64,000 nucleotides of DNA from a virus (IMGVR_UViG_3300032030_000056:1-64000), one strand, 5' to 3'. Positions 38,540-48,043 are shown, counted from the first letter of the stretch. The notes: generated from the sequence alone by a model not told the origin. Translations and numbers: made by a program.

Positions 38540-38935
38540 ATGGTAACGAAATATCTTGATGTTCCTCAAAACAAATGGGGAATAGTTGTAGTCCTTGATT
38601 ACGATGTTGATTATGAATATCGTGATATTAAGGCTATAATGATGAGTTTCGGCATTTTGGATGAAAGCAAGATTGAAAGGTCTATGCGCATATTATCCGA
38701 GCCGAACACTGGCATGACAATTTCAAATATTGACTTGTGTATGTCCGTGATTTTCATTTCTGAAGCAACAAGCACAAGTGAATGGTGGGACACTAGTTTG
38801 CATGAGTTATATCATGTGTCAAATGCAATCATTGACTACTATGGTGTTCCTTACGAAAGTGAAGATGCTGCATATTTGATGGGTTACTTGACAAAGGAAT
38901 TTATTGAGAAAGTCGGCAATCCGTGCTACGATTAA
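38540..38935 (+). CDS. Putative zincin metallopeptidase
   Basis: HELYH (HExxH) followed by ESEDAAY. Confidence 0.6.
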   Translation: MVTKYLDVPQNKWGIVVVLDYDVDYEYRDIKAIMMSFGILDESKIERSMRILSEPNTGMTISNIDLCMSVIFISEATSTSEWWDTSLHELYHVSNAIIDYYGVPYESEDAAYLMGYLTKEFIEKVGNPCYD

Positions 38936-39028
38936 TTTTAAGACGTTTTAAGCGCATTTTACGGCTTAGTGGATAAGTTGTACCACATTAACCATAAAAT
39001 GCGCTTAGACGTGCTTAAAACGGCAAAT
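38936..39028 (+). repeat. Dispersed ~95-bp element, copy A
   Basis: TTTTAAGACGTTTTAAGCGCATTTT...AAGTTGTACCAC...TAACCATAAAATGCGCTTAGACGTGCTTAAAA. Confidence 0.7.
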
Positions 39029-39037
39029 ACGGCTATT

Positions 39038-39223
39038 TTAACTTGTGTACCCTAGTTGCCGCATCAATTCATCAGCGTATTTAACCGTTTCTTCACAAAC
39101 TACAGCCCTTAACTTTGATTCGGGCAACAATGCTTCTTTTTTGATGTCCTTGTACAAAGTGGGCATCATTTGCATGGCGATACACGCTCTAATGTTTTCT
39201 GCGTTTTCACTTGTATATTTCAT
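39038..39223 (-). CDS. Hypothetical protein
   Basis: 61 aa; last gene of the minus-strand block. Confidence 0.6.
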   Translation of the reverse strand: MKYTSENAENIRACIAMQMMPTLYKDIKKEALLPESKLRAVVCEETVKYADELMRQLGYTS

Positions 39224-39229
39224 ATAGCA

Positions 39230-39850
39230 TCACAAACTTAGTGGTTCTGGTATATATTTTTGTTGTTCTTCTACCCATGTGAACTTAGCACCGCAATGCG
39301 GGCAAATGATTGACAAACCTTTTGCTACATCAATTTCACGAGAGCAATTAGGGCAAAGCGCATTAAAATGTGGATAGACCGAGATAAAGTGACGTTCAAA
39401 TCCGTCACCTCCCTCTAATGCGCCCTGTGCAGCCAACTCACGAATCAATGCCGTGATGTCACGCACACTTGCCTCTTCCAAGTTTTCACTACGCTTGGCG
39501 AGTAAGTTTGAAAGCATTTGCACAATTTCCTCTGCGCTGAACTTGTAGTCAGAAAGGTTTCTTGCTTGCGCTTGAATGTCGGTGCGGTATAATTCAGACA
39601 CATGGTCTTTCAAATGCACACATTCTTGTTGTTGAAGCATAACGCTTGCATCCTTTTTTAAACTTGCAAGGTAGTCTTGTTCTTCCTCCGTGCCTTGCAT
39701 ACGTTTGAAATTAGCCAAGTCGTAAACCATTGCATAAGCAACAGCATCCTCTTCGCCCAATGCAACCATCGTTACGAAAAAGTATTGCTTTTCATCAAAC
39801 GTGATGTTTCTTGTGCGCAATGTTTCAAGTGTTGATAAGTAATCGAGCAT
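39230..39850 (-). CDS. Hypothetical protein with C-terminal Zn ribbon
   Basis: CPNC...CPHC near the C-terminus. Confidence 0.7.
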   Translation of the reverse strand: MLDYLSTLETLRTRNITFDEKQYFFVTMVALGEEDAVAYAMVYDLANFKRMQGTEEEQDYLASLKKDASVMLQQQECVHLKDHVSELYRTDIQAQARNLSDYKFSAEEIVQMLSNLLAKRSENLEEASVRDITALIRELAAQGALEGGDGFERHFISVYPHFNALCPNCSREIDVAKGLSIICPHCGAKFTWVEEQQKYIPEPLSL

Positions 39851-39858
39851 ATCCTATA

Positions 39859-40383
39859 TTATAAGTTTTTGCGTCTTGCGTATTCACACATCAGTACGCT
39901 ATCAACCTTGTTATCATCAACTTTTTTTGAACGTGCTGACTTTCTAAAGTCAATAGTGGGGAATAATCTTTTTGCGCAATTGATTGAGGTTTGCTTTGTG
40001 TTAACCTCTTTCCTTGTCGTTTCCTTACCCCTAATGGTTACTGCCTTGTAATTAACAACCATATCCGAGTTAGACCACATTTCATGTTGCCATTCTTTCG
40101 GTTGGATTAGGGTATAAGGGATTCTGCTTGCTGCAAGCAAGCCAATCAAGTACCCTTTGTTGAACCCGAAAGCAAAAGTAGCCTTTGCACTACTTCCCAT
40201 TATAGCATGGACATCTTCAATCACACAAGCGATATTTTCATACCTATTGCGGATATCAAGCATTATTTGGCTTAATTCGTACAAGTCATGGTCTTCAATG
40301 CTATAATATTCCCAAGCACCATCGTGTTGTAAGGATATAAAACCTTTACTACCGACATCAATTCCTATGTATGTTTTCTCCAT
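39859..40383 (-). CDS. RuvC-like Holliday junction resolvase
   Basis: YIGIDVG, VIED, SSAKATFAFG, DSVLMCEY. Confidence 0.8.
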   Translation of the reverse strand: MEKTYIGIDVGSKGFISLQHDGAWEYYSIEDHDLYELSQIMLDIRNRYENIACVIEDVHAIMGSSAKATFAFGFNKGYLIGLLAASRIPYTLIQPKEWQHEMWSNSDMVVNYKAVTIRGKETTRKEVNTKQTSINCAKRLFPTIDFRKSARSKKVDDNKVDSVLMCEYARRKNL

Positions 40384-40389
40384 TTTGTA

Positions 40390-40815
40390 TTAATTTTTTT
40401 GTTGCACAATCTTAAACTCAATCTTGCCTTTTGCCGCTTTAGGTATGCCAATAGTTATCACTATGGGTTCTTCAAACTTGTCGGCTTTTTTAATTTCCAA
40501 TAGTTGTCGTATTTCTTCCCATTTCTTACCCCAATAGTTTGATTTTGAGATAAGATTGATTGTTTTTGTTGTCGTTCCGCAAACGGATTGGCTCGTGAAC
40601 GCACTCCCTTTCGTGTGCAGTACTTGTGCAATCCTTGTGTATGTCATTCCAGTAATTTGACGCATTGCATACCAACAGAGTCCACGGCAATTAGGATAAG
40701 GCATTGATTTGCTATGTAACAATCCTTCAATAGTCACGTCACAAACATCGCAAACGACTTGGAACACCTTATCCATCAGTTCACTTTCGCTAATGCTTTT
40801 TTCTGTTTCTTTCAT
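40390..40815 (-). CDS. DnaA C-terminal-like HTH DNA-binding protein
   Basis: VFQVVCDVCDVT...RGLCWYAMRQITGMTYTRIAQVL resembles DnaA domain IV. Confidence 0.5.
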   Translation of the reverse strand: MKETEKSISESELMDKVFQVVCDVCDVTIEGLLHSKSMPYPNCRGLCWYAMRQITGMTYTRIAQVLHTKGSAFTSQSVCGTTTKTINLISKSNYWGKKWEEIRQLLEIKKADKFEEPIVITIGIPKAAKGKIEFKIVQQKN

Positions 40816-41236
40816 TTATTCCGTTTATTATTGTTTGTTGATTCATTGGAAGCCTTTCAACGAACAAGTTAAGACGTTGCTTGTCTTTACCAAGCACTCT
40901 ATCCCAAATGCCGACAACGGAATATCTGAAGCGGAAAAAGGTGCAAACCCCTTTATAAGCGACTGTGTTTTCGTCAACTTGCTTTTGCAGGTATATTTCC
41001 CATCTTGGTTGCCTTTGCCTTTCTTTGTACGTTTCTGACTTGTTATCGTATTCAAGCAATGGCTTTCGCCTTATCCAAAGGTATGACTTGCCGTCTTCTT
41101 TGAAATAAACCCCGTAAATTGGCGACAAGTCTATACCTTCGATTGTTAGTACACCCTCATACCTGCCACCTGAACGTCTTTCGATGTAGCCGTTCAAGTA
41201 GTTGTTATAGGTATGTTGGGTGTCAAATGCGCTCAT
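40790..41236 (-). CDS. Hypothetical protein
   Basis: 148-aa ORF in the operon. Confidence 0.7.
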   Translation of the reverse strand: MSAFDTQHTYNNYLNGYIERRSGGRYEGVLTIEGIDLSPIYGVYFKEDGKSYLWIRRKPLLEYDNKSETYKERQRQPRWEIYLQKQVDENTVAYKGVCTFFRFRYSVVGIWDRVLGKDKQRLNLFVERLPMNQQTIINGINERNRKKH

Positions 41237-41237
41237 G

Positions 41238-41633
41238 TTAATTTCTGCCGATATCGGTTAATTCCTCAGTCCAGTCTTGACAATCAGCAAGCAGTCGTAT
41301 CAAATATGAGTATCGACCACTGCCTTTTGATGTGTTAGGTAATTCAGCTTGAACAAATTCTTTCAGTTCGTTAAGCATTTCAACAATGGTGAAGTGACCG
41401 CTATCGTTATATGCGTTCTCCCAATCAGTTTCATCGGTGCAAACAACTGGATATTCGTGGTGTTCTTCGCCAGTCATTTCAAACCCATAATCGCAAGTGG
41501 TCACATTTACAGAACTTTTTACCAATGAATATTCAATGTAAATATCAAAGTTAAGTTCTTTATCCTCCTGTTGGTTATATGGTGCGTTAGGGTCGTCTGC
41601 CGCACCCATCGGGTAATTATCTTTATAACTCAT
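41238..41633 (-). CDS. Hypothetical protein
   Basis: 131 aa starting with the YPMGAADDPNAPYNQ motif common in gut phage ORFs. Confidence 0.7.
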   Translation of the reverse strand: MSYKDNYPMGAADDPNAPYNQQEDKELNFDIYIEYSLVKSSVNVTTCDYGFEMTGEEHHEYPVVCTDETDWENAYNDSGHFTIVEMLNELKEFVQAELPNTSKGSGRYSYLIRLLADCQDWTEELTDIGRN

Positions 41634-42798
41634 GAATCATCATCGGCATTTGAATTGAAACATAATCAGTATTCTCGACTTGTTCATCGGGCAACACCAT
41701 AGCTGCCCTTTGACCGCTAATCAACTTGATGCGAACATTTTCGCTTTTCACATTCTTGATAACATCAACAAATGCACTGCAAGTGAAACCGATTTGAACC
41801 ATTTCCCCATTGTATTCGCAAGGGAATGTTTCTTTTGCTCTTGTGCTGTAATCAACATCAGATGCCGAAATTTCAACAATGTTGTTCTCAAAAGTCAACA
41901 CAACCATTTGTGTCTTTTGGTTGCCGAAAGCCGACACACGACGAAGTGCGGAAATGAAAGCATCACGAGCAATAACGACAACCTTATCATTTGGGTATTC
42001 TGGCAACACTGCGTCATAGTTCGGGTATCTGCCATTTGCCAACCTAGTTGACATTTTCATCACATGGTTGGAAATGGTAAACTTAGAATCGTCAAACTCG
42101 ACATTCATCGCCATGCCATCGCCATCGGTTAAATTTGACATTGAAAGGTAGTTGGAGATTACACTAGAAGGCTTTTTAGGAATAGTGAAGCCACAACCAA
42201 TAGCACAATCATCAAACATGATGTTTTCCTTAAACCGCACAAGTTTTCGTGTATCGGTTGCCACAAACACTAGTTCCTTTTTACCTTGTTCATCTGCGAT
42301 AAAATCAACATGGATGCCGCACATCTGCGGTCTTAGTTCATCATTATCAACCGCAAACTCGGTAGTATTGATGCCACTGAACAGGTCTTTTGAATTGATT
42401 TGCAATGAAACCAGCTTTCCGTTAGGCACATCGCTCGACATCGGATATTCGCTTGCATCCAAGTATGGTAATTCAAATTGGCCATTATTGTACTTGAATG
42501 TGGCAATGTGCGATTCATCGTTTAATTCAAGTTCAACGATTGCGTCACCAAGAGAGCGTAATCCAAGCGTAAGTTTTTGTGAGTCGATACAAAAAGCAAG
42601 TTTTTCATCAGTAGGTGTAAACAAAGGCACATTCAGTGACATCCATGTTTCGCCATCGCTTCCAGTGATATTCATGCCATTTTCGGTTTCAAACCTCAAA
42701 TAGTCGAACATACGGATAATGTTTTTGTTGTTGCACAATTGCGCTAATTGAACAACGCTAGGCAACACATCACTCGCCTTGAATTTAATCATTTTCAT
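41623..42798 (-). CDS. dnaN: DNA polymerase III beta sliding clamp
   Basis: 391 aa; ITGSDGET, DNDELRPQMCGI, VATDTRKLV, GRYPNYDAVLP, SIQMPM. Confidence 0.9.
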   Translation of the reverse strand: MKMIKFKASDVLPSVVQLAQLCNNKNIIRMFDYLRFETENGMNITGSDGETWMSLNVPLFTPTDEKLAFCIDSQKLTLGLRSLGDAIVELELNDESHIATFKYNNGQFELPYLDASEYPMSSDVPNGKLVSLQINSKDLFSGINTTEFAVDNDELRPQMCGIHVDFIADEQGKKELVFVATDTRKLVRFKENIMFDDCAIGCGFTIPKKPSSVISNYLSMSNLTDGDGMAMNVEFDDSKFTISNHVMKMSTRLANGRYPNYDAVLPEYPNDKVVVIARDAFISALRRVSAFGNQKTQMVVLTFENNIVEISASDVDYSTRAKETFPCEYNGEMVQIGFTCSAFVDVIKNVKSENVRIKLISGQRAAMVLPDEQVENTDYVSIQMPMMIHEL

Positions 42799-42831
42799 AA
42801 TCTTTTGTTTTCCGTTTTGTTAAAGTTGTTG

Positions 42832-42862
42832 CAAAGATAGTTTATTGTTTTTAATATCCAAA
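42832..42862 (-). promoter_or_regulatory. Promoter upstream of the clamp gene, with a degenerate operator
   Basis: TATCTTTG (42839-42832); 9/14 match to TTGCAATATTGCAA at 42849-42862 with the same 9-nt spacing. Confidence 0.55.
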
Positions 42863-42863
42863 A

Positions 42864-43199
42864 TTATTTGTCAATGTTTTTGTTTTTGTGCTTAAACAAG
42901 AGTACTGACAACTTGCTATATATGCCTTGACGATGCAGTTTCTTGATTTTGTCAAAAATGTCATTATCAAAGCAAAAGCGGTAAGAAAGACCTAACATTT
43001 TAGGCACTTCGTCACGATTTACACGTTCATCATCGCAAAGTCTAGAAAGCATCAATGTTTCTTCTTCCGTTGCAGAACATTCGCCACGTTTGTTCTCCTG
43101 TATCAAGTTGTCAAGCCATTCCTTTAAGCCAAACTTACTGGCCAAGTCTTTCAACATTGATAGGTAGTGACGTGCTATGCGTTGCAGTTCTTCATTCAT
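42864..43199 (-). CDS. Hypothetical protein, possible HTH
   Basis: 111-aa ORF. Confidence 0.65.
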   Translation of the reverse strand: MNEELQRIARHYLSMLKDLASKFGLKEWLDNLIQENKRGECSATEEETLMLSRLCDDERVNRDEVPKMLGLSYRFCFDNDIFDKIKKLHRQGIYSKLSVLLFKHKNKNIDK

Positions 43200-43387
43200 T
43201 GTTCTCTTAACCTTATGGTTATTGAATAATCATTAAGTGGAAGTAATTCACATATTCCAAGTTTAGAATTGAAAGAACAGTCTGGCGTCTGTACTTCTTG
43301 ACATACTGACACTTCAATAGGTATTAACTTTTGTTTCTCTGCATCAGTGATTAAATCATAGATGTTTTTATATGTTATTCGTTCCAT
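43196..43387 (-). CDS. Hypothetical protein
   Basis: Start placed at MERIT. Confidence 0.5.
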   Translation of the reverse strand: MERITYKNIYDLITDAEKQKLIPIEVSVCQEVQTPDCSFNSKLGICELLPLNDYSITIRLREQ

Positions 43388-43400
43388 ATTGTTGTTTTTT

Positions 43401-43495
43401 GTTTTAAGCCGTTTTAAGGGCATTAATTTGCTTGGTTAATAAACTATACCACCTAAGTAGCAAAATAGCGTCAAACACGCTTAAAATGCAAAATA
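43401..43495 (+). repeat. Dispersed ~95-bp element, copy B
   Basis: TTTTAAGCCGTTTTAAGGGC...AATAAACTATACCACC...CAAACACGCTTAAAATGC. Confidence 0.72.
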
Positions 43496-43503
43496 GGCAT
43501 ATT

Positions 43504-45645
43504 CTAAAATGGTGCAGGGTTGTCGCTTGGTGTAAAATCATCCCACAAAGGCGGTTCTTCTTGTGCTTGCGCCATTTGTTGCGGTTGTGGTTGATATTCC
43601 ATTTGCACTTGCGTAGGATTTTCTTCCCAACCATAATGGATAACCTCATCTTGCGTGTTTTTAAACCTTCGGCTTTCTATTTCATAGTGCATACCGACCA
43701 TGTGGTCAACAATGCCGTACATTCTGTTCTTGCAAACCTCAATCACATTGCCAAAACCTTGATACCTTTGTATCTCGCCTTGACCGAAATACTCTGCACC
43801 AGTTCGCAAAAAGTCGTTGTTTACACGATGCACGATAAACACGTTGTCAACGGCATTGGTTAAGTCGCTAGAGCCGCTGATGTCGTTTTTACGCAAAAAA
43901 GTCAATGATTTTCGTGGGTGAGCAACCAAGATGATATGCACGTTGTTCCTTTTCGCAAAATCCTTGATTTGGAGTATCAATTCCTTTTGCTTGTTGTTCC
44001 TATCTCCGTCAAAAAGGTCAATATCCAACGAAAACAAGTTGTCAAGCGTAAAAACCTTAACATTCGCTTTCAACAACTCTTCCATATCGTGAAAGATTTG
44101 TTGCCATTTAGTGCCATACTCGTTGTTGTAAAGGAAAAACTTTCCGTCAAGCCAATGGTCAATGCTTTCTGCCACACCTTGCGGCACATAATACTTGCCA
44201 TTGCCATAAGATGATGGCTTTAGGTGTTCACGACCAGCAGCAACCATTTGCAACCATGCTTTCAAGATGTCGGGGCGCAACTCACCACTCCATAAAGCAA
44301 CATTTGTGCCTTGTTGGACTATATTCAAAAGCAAAGTGTTTAACCATGATGATTTACCGCTACTGTTGCTACCACTTAACAACGTAACCTCAGACATATT
44401 CAACCCTACAATAGCTCGGTCAAGTTCAATAAAGCCAGTTTTTACGTTTTCTAGCGCAGATAGGTCTATTTTTTTGATGTCTGACAAACATAGCCATTTA
44501 CCACCCAATTCGGGTAATTCCTGCTTAATCTCATACTTTGGCTTTGGCGGCCTCATGTATGGCATAGGCATCATAGGCGGCATATTGCCATATTGTTGTT
44601 GCCTATCATAAGCGTTTGGCTCGTATTTCAACCTTACATCATGCCATTTCTTGTCTTTGCAATGTGAATGAGTGCAATTAAACGTGATTTTACCCTGTCC
44701 ATCAACAAATAATGCACTATCCCATTTTTTGCGGTCACTATGGTTCTCAATCCAAGGACAAAACTCCAATTCATAGATTGTGCTATCACCACTTGATTTT
44801 TGCCTATATTTTATGCCTTGCCTATCCAACCAAGATGATAGAGTGAATTGTGTCAAACCAACCCAATTGCCACGAAATGCAACTGGAGATTGCTTTGGTC
44901 CTTCTTTTGGCAATAAGTCGGCAATCTTATGAAATAGTGAATCATCATTTGCTGATAAGTCTTGAGGCACTTTAACAACCCTTGCAATCCTCCAAGGTCT
45001 TTCTTGACTGTTTGCGCCTTTCTTTGCCCATGTGCCTAGTAACTTGTCAATTCTTGCAGGATTGAACACTTTTTCATCTATGCCAACGTGTTGGTCACTA
45101 AACAAAACACTCAAGGATTGGAGAAACCTTTTTACCAACTCATTATGTTCATTGTCATTCGGCATATTGCATGGCAAGTAAAGATGCCATCCATTTCCGC
45201 TTACTGTCACAATAGGTTCGTTAAATCCTTGTTTAAGCAAGTATTTATACACATCAACGCATTTTTGGTGCGCTTGCTCAAATTCCTCATTGCTTGAACT
45301 AATACCTGCCGCCCTATTTGGGTCAAGGTCTATCATCACAAATCTTCGTCTTGTGATGTCACCATCGGTTGTCGTGCTTTTTGGCTTTTTGACAAATATA
45401 TCCCTTTGCTCACGGCTATACAAATCGGTGTTGATGTCATTTAGCGTGAAATAGGCTTGCATAGTGCCATAGAATTTCTCGCTATCATGTGACAACAATG
45501 GTTTCAGTCTTGCAACCAATGTTTCAACATTTGTAAAGTAGCCGCTGAAAGTAGTCTTGCCTAAAAGTCGTATTTCGACAAGTTTACCATCACGCTTGAA
45601 GATTTGCCACCACAATTGTAGTTGTTGTTCGTCTATCTCGTACAT
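43504..45645 (-). CDS. AEP-type primase fused to DnaB-like (SF4) helicase
   Basis: IDLDP, SGNGWHLY, RIDK (AEP motifs); CPW..H..C.HSHC Zn site; GSNSSGKS, LDNL, LVAHPRK, GSSD, KNRMYG. Confidence 0.85.
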   Translation of the reverse strand: MYEIDEQQLQLWWQIFKRDGKLVEIRLLGKTTFSGYFTNVETLVARLKPLLSHDSEKFYGTMQAYFTLNDINTDLYSREQRDIFVKKPKSTTTDGDITRRRFVMIDLDPNRAAGISSSNEEFEQAHQKCVDVYKYLLKQGFNEPIVTVSGNGWHLYLPCNMPNDNEHNELVKRFLQSLSVLFSDQHVGIDEKVFNPARIDKLLGTWAKKGANSQERPWRIARVVKVPQDLSANDDSLFHKIADLLPKEGPKQSPVAFRGNWVGLTQFTLSSWLDRQGIKYRQKSSGDSTIYELEFCPWIENHSDRKKWDSALFVDGQGKITFNCTHSHCKDKKWHDVRLKYEPNAYDRQQQYGNMPPMMPMPYMRPPKPKYEIKQELPELGGKWLCLSDIKKIDLSALENVKTGFIELDRAIVGLNMSEVTLLSGSNSSGKSSWLNTLLLNIVQQGTNVALWSGELRPDILKAWLQMVAAGREHLKPSSYGNGKYYVPQGVAESIDHWLDGKFFLYNNEYGTKWQQIFHDMEELLKANVKVFTLDNLFSLDIDLFDGDRNNKQKELILQIKDFAKRNNVHIILVAHPRKSLTFLRKNDISGSSDLTNAVDNVFIVHRVNNDFLRTGAEYFGQGEIQRYQGFGNVIEVCKNRMYGIVDHMVGMHYEIESRRFKNTQDEVIHYGWEENPTQVQMEYQPQPQQMAQAQEEPPLWDDFTPSDNPAPF

Positions 45646-45651
45646 AGCGAA

Positions 45652-45813
45652 TTATGTTGTTATGTTGCAGCTATAATGATATACACTATAATCTAGGTAT
45701 GTCGAAGTTGAATACCTTTCAATAGTTATAGATTTGATACTGCAACCATGTTCTTTCTCAAATTGTGTTGCTAACTTGATAAATTCCTCTTTGTATTGGT
45801 CTATCGTTTTCAT
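45652..45813 (-). CDS. Small hypothetical protein
   Basis: 53 aa from MKTID; ATGA overlap with the upstream stop. Confidence 0.5.
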   Translation of the reverse strand: MKTIDQYKEEFIKLATQFEKEHGCSIKSITIERYSTSTYLDYSVYHYSCNITT

Positions 45814-46691
45814 CGCTTTACCCATTTTTGTTGTTGCTTGTTCCACGTTAATGTTCCACGGCCATTATTGAGAACGATTTTTGCCCCATCGGGTCGCTTA
45901 TCATCATCATAACCATCTGCAATGCTATCTCCATCAAAATACCAACCAGTATAGAGGAAACACTTGTAGTAGTCATTCCACATCAATGCACCACCAGTAA
46001 TAGGGTGATATGTGTTGTCGTTCTCTTTGTTCGGGTCAAACATCACATTGTTGCCTTGAATGATTACATCATTGAATGTTTTGTCACGCAGGTAGCGTTC
46101 AAAGTCCTTTTGGTAGCTTTTTTCTCTAGTTGCCACATAAACCTTGATATGTTGCGCCACACAATCCATTTCTTTGTCAGTTAGCTTGTGCCAATATTCT
46201 TTGGCTTTTTTCTTGCTTCCTTTTCGATTGTAGGCAACCCAACATTGCTCAAATAGTTCTTCTTTTTCTTTTTTGGTATTTTTTTCTTTTTCTTTAATTG
46301 TAATGCCAAATATAGTATTACAATCAATATTATTACTACTAGTATTATTACTAGTATTATTGGGTGCAATTTTTGCACTACCCCTGTCGAATTTTTGCAC
46401 TAGTGGTGCAATTTTTGCACTACCCAATGAGTAATAACAAAACTTGATGTTGTTTCTTGTTTCTTCACGTTTTTTAATCAAACCATCATCAACAAGAGAT
46501 TTCAATGTTGCTATAATGGTGTTTCTTGTCAAGTTAGTCCATTCGCATAGATAGTTAATACTGCCATTAAACTCGTGATTTCCGTCTTTACAAAAACCAT
46601 GAATAATAGCATATATAATAAGCCGATTGCCACTTAAACCGAGTTTAGTGACCATCGGTGCTTGAATGACTATATAATCATCTTGCTTCAT
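45810..46691 (-). CDS. Replication initiator (N-terminal winged HTH, lambda O-like)
   Basis: LIIYAIIHGF...SINYLCEWTNLTRNTIIATLKSLVDDGLIKK; internal repeat-encoded linker; C-terminal FEQCWVAYNRKGSKKKAKEYW. Confidence 0.75.
   Translation of the reverse strand: MKQDDYIVIQAPMVTKLGLSGNRLIIYAIIHGFCKDGNHEFNGSINYLCEWTNLTRNTIIATLKSLVDDGLIKKREETRNNIKFCYYSLGSAKIAPLVQKFDRGSAKIAPNNTSNNTSSNNIDCNTIFGITIKEKEKNTKKEKEELFEQCWVAYNRKGSKKKAKEYWHKLTDKEMDCVAQHIKVYVATREKSYQKDFERYLRDKTFNDVIIQGNNVMFDPNKENDNTYHPITGGALMWNDYYKCFLYTGWYFDGDSIADGYDDDKRPDGAKIVLNNGRGTLTWNKQQQKWVKR
46328..46425. promoter_or_regulatory. Putative replication origin: three iterons and an AT-rich tract inside the initiator gene
   Basis: AATTTTTGCACTA at 46368, 46390 and 46410 (22- and 20-bp spacing) beside a TATTATTACTA-type tract. 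Confidence 0.65.
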
Positions 46692-47440
46692 TGTTCTGGA
46701 TAATCATTAGAATTAAATATAGATAATTGACTATTTTCTTGTGGCAAACCTAATATACAATCGCATATAAAGTTCCTTGCATAATCAGCAGAAATCATAG
46801 ACCTCTCCTTATTACAAATACCATTTTGCCATGTTCCTCTACTTTTTGCAAGTTGATGTTTTTTTTGTTTTTTATCAAATTGATATGTAAATAAGTTTGT
46901 TGGCTCACAATTAAAAAACCAATAGCCAGTAGGTTTAACAAAATAATCTCCACGCAACATTCTATTATTATCTCTTATTGACGGAGGTTTTATAAAATAA
47001 TTATTCAAAAAACTTCCTGTAATTGGGTTTTCAAAAATCAAACGAAATTTACGTTTTAAGCAAACCCTTACCATTTTTGTCAATGTGATGAGATATTCAT
47101 TTCTTCTTTTTTGCCTCTCGATTATTTTATCACACGCTTCCCATTGCTCTAGTGACCTATAATTTGTATAATTCAAACTATGTGCATATTGCGACATTTG
47201 ACAAAAATATATACAAGGGAAAAATGCAAATATAAGGTCATTGCTAGTTATTTTATCAAAAACGCTAGGCTTATCATCATAGGCATCATTAATTGCTTTG
47301 AATAAGTCTTCAATATAGTCTGTTTGTCCAAAGTCATTTTTAATATCATAGTCTTCCGCATTGATACCTAACTTAATGAACTCGTTTTTGAATGTCCCAC
47401 TCTGTTCAAAAAAGCAATAAACTTTGCCTCTTATTTCCAT
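46688..47440 (-). CDS. C5-cytosine methyltransferase-like protein
   Basis: VYCFFEQSG (motif I-like), AFFPC (catalytic PC), IFENP, KPTGYW; C-terminal QLSIF. Confidence 0.65.
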   Translation of the reverse strand: MEIRGKVYCFFEQSGTFKNEFIKLGINAEDYDIKNDFGQTDYIEDLFKAINDAYDDKPSVFDKITSNDLIFAFFPCIYFCQMSQYAHSLNYTNYRSLEQWEACDKIIERQKRRNEYLITLTKMVRVCLKRKFRLIFENPITGSFLNNYFIKPPSIRDNNRMLRGDYFVKPTGYWFFNCEPTNLFTYQFDKKQKKHQLAKSRGTWQNGICNKERSMISADYARNFICDCILGLPQENSQLSIFNSNDYPEQ

Positions 47441-47455
47441 GTTAAAAATAATTAA

Positions 47456-48043
47456 TTATTCTCTTTGTTGGTCTATGAGTTTATAAAATTCCGCCTTAAC
47501 ATTATTGTCAGACTTAAATATTCCCGATAGATGTGAAACGGTCATTTTTCCATTACTCTTCACACCCCTCATTGTTTTGCATAAATGCGTTCCACGTAAA
47601 ACAATAGCCATGCCTTGAACATTGCCATCAAGAGCATCGGTAAGCATTTTGATAATATCAAGAGCTAATCTTTCCTGTAATTGAAGTCTTGCTGCGCAAT
47701 ACCCAACAACTCTAGCAATTTTTGAAATTCCTAAAATTCTTCCATCTTCATTTGGTATATATGCAAAATAATATTTACCAAAAAAAGGCATCATGTGGTG
47801 TTCACACATAGAATAATAATCACCTGTATCGAAAACAATATCAGTAGACCTCATATCGTTTTCAAATGTTGTTATTTTTGGTGCTTGATTTGGGTCATAA
47901 CCACGAAAGATTTCACTCCACATACGAATAATTCTGTCTGGAGTTCCCAATAAGCCTTCTCTTTCTGGGTTTTCCCCAATATGCAATAATATTGTTTTTA
48001 TCGCACATTCAATATCTTTTGTGTTTGTAACGATAGTCTCCAT
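47456..48043 (-). CDS. folE: GTP cyclohydrolase I
   Basis: REGLLGTPDR, SMCEHH, GISKIAR, LQLQERL, HLCKTMRGVK. Confidence 0.95.
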   Translation of the reverse strand: METIVTNTKDIECAIKTILLHIGENPEREGLLGTPDRIIRMWSEIFRGYDPNQAPKITTFENDMRSTDIVFDTGDYYSMCEHHMMPFFGKYYFAYIPNEDGRILGISKIARVVGYCAARLQLQERLALDIIKMLTDALDGNVQGMAIVLRGTHLCKTMRGVKSNGKMTVSHLSGIFKSDNNVKAEFYKLIDQQRE

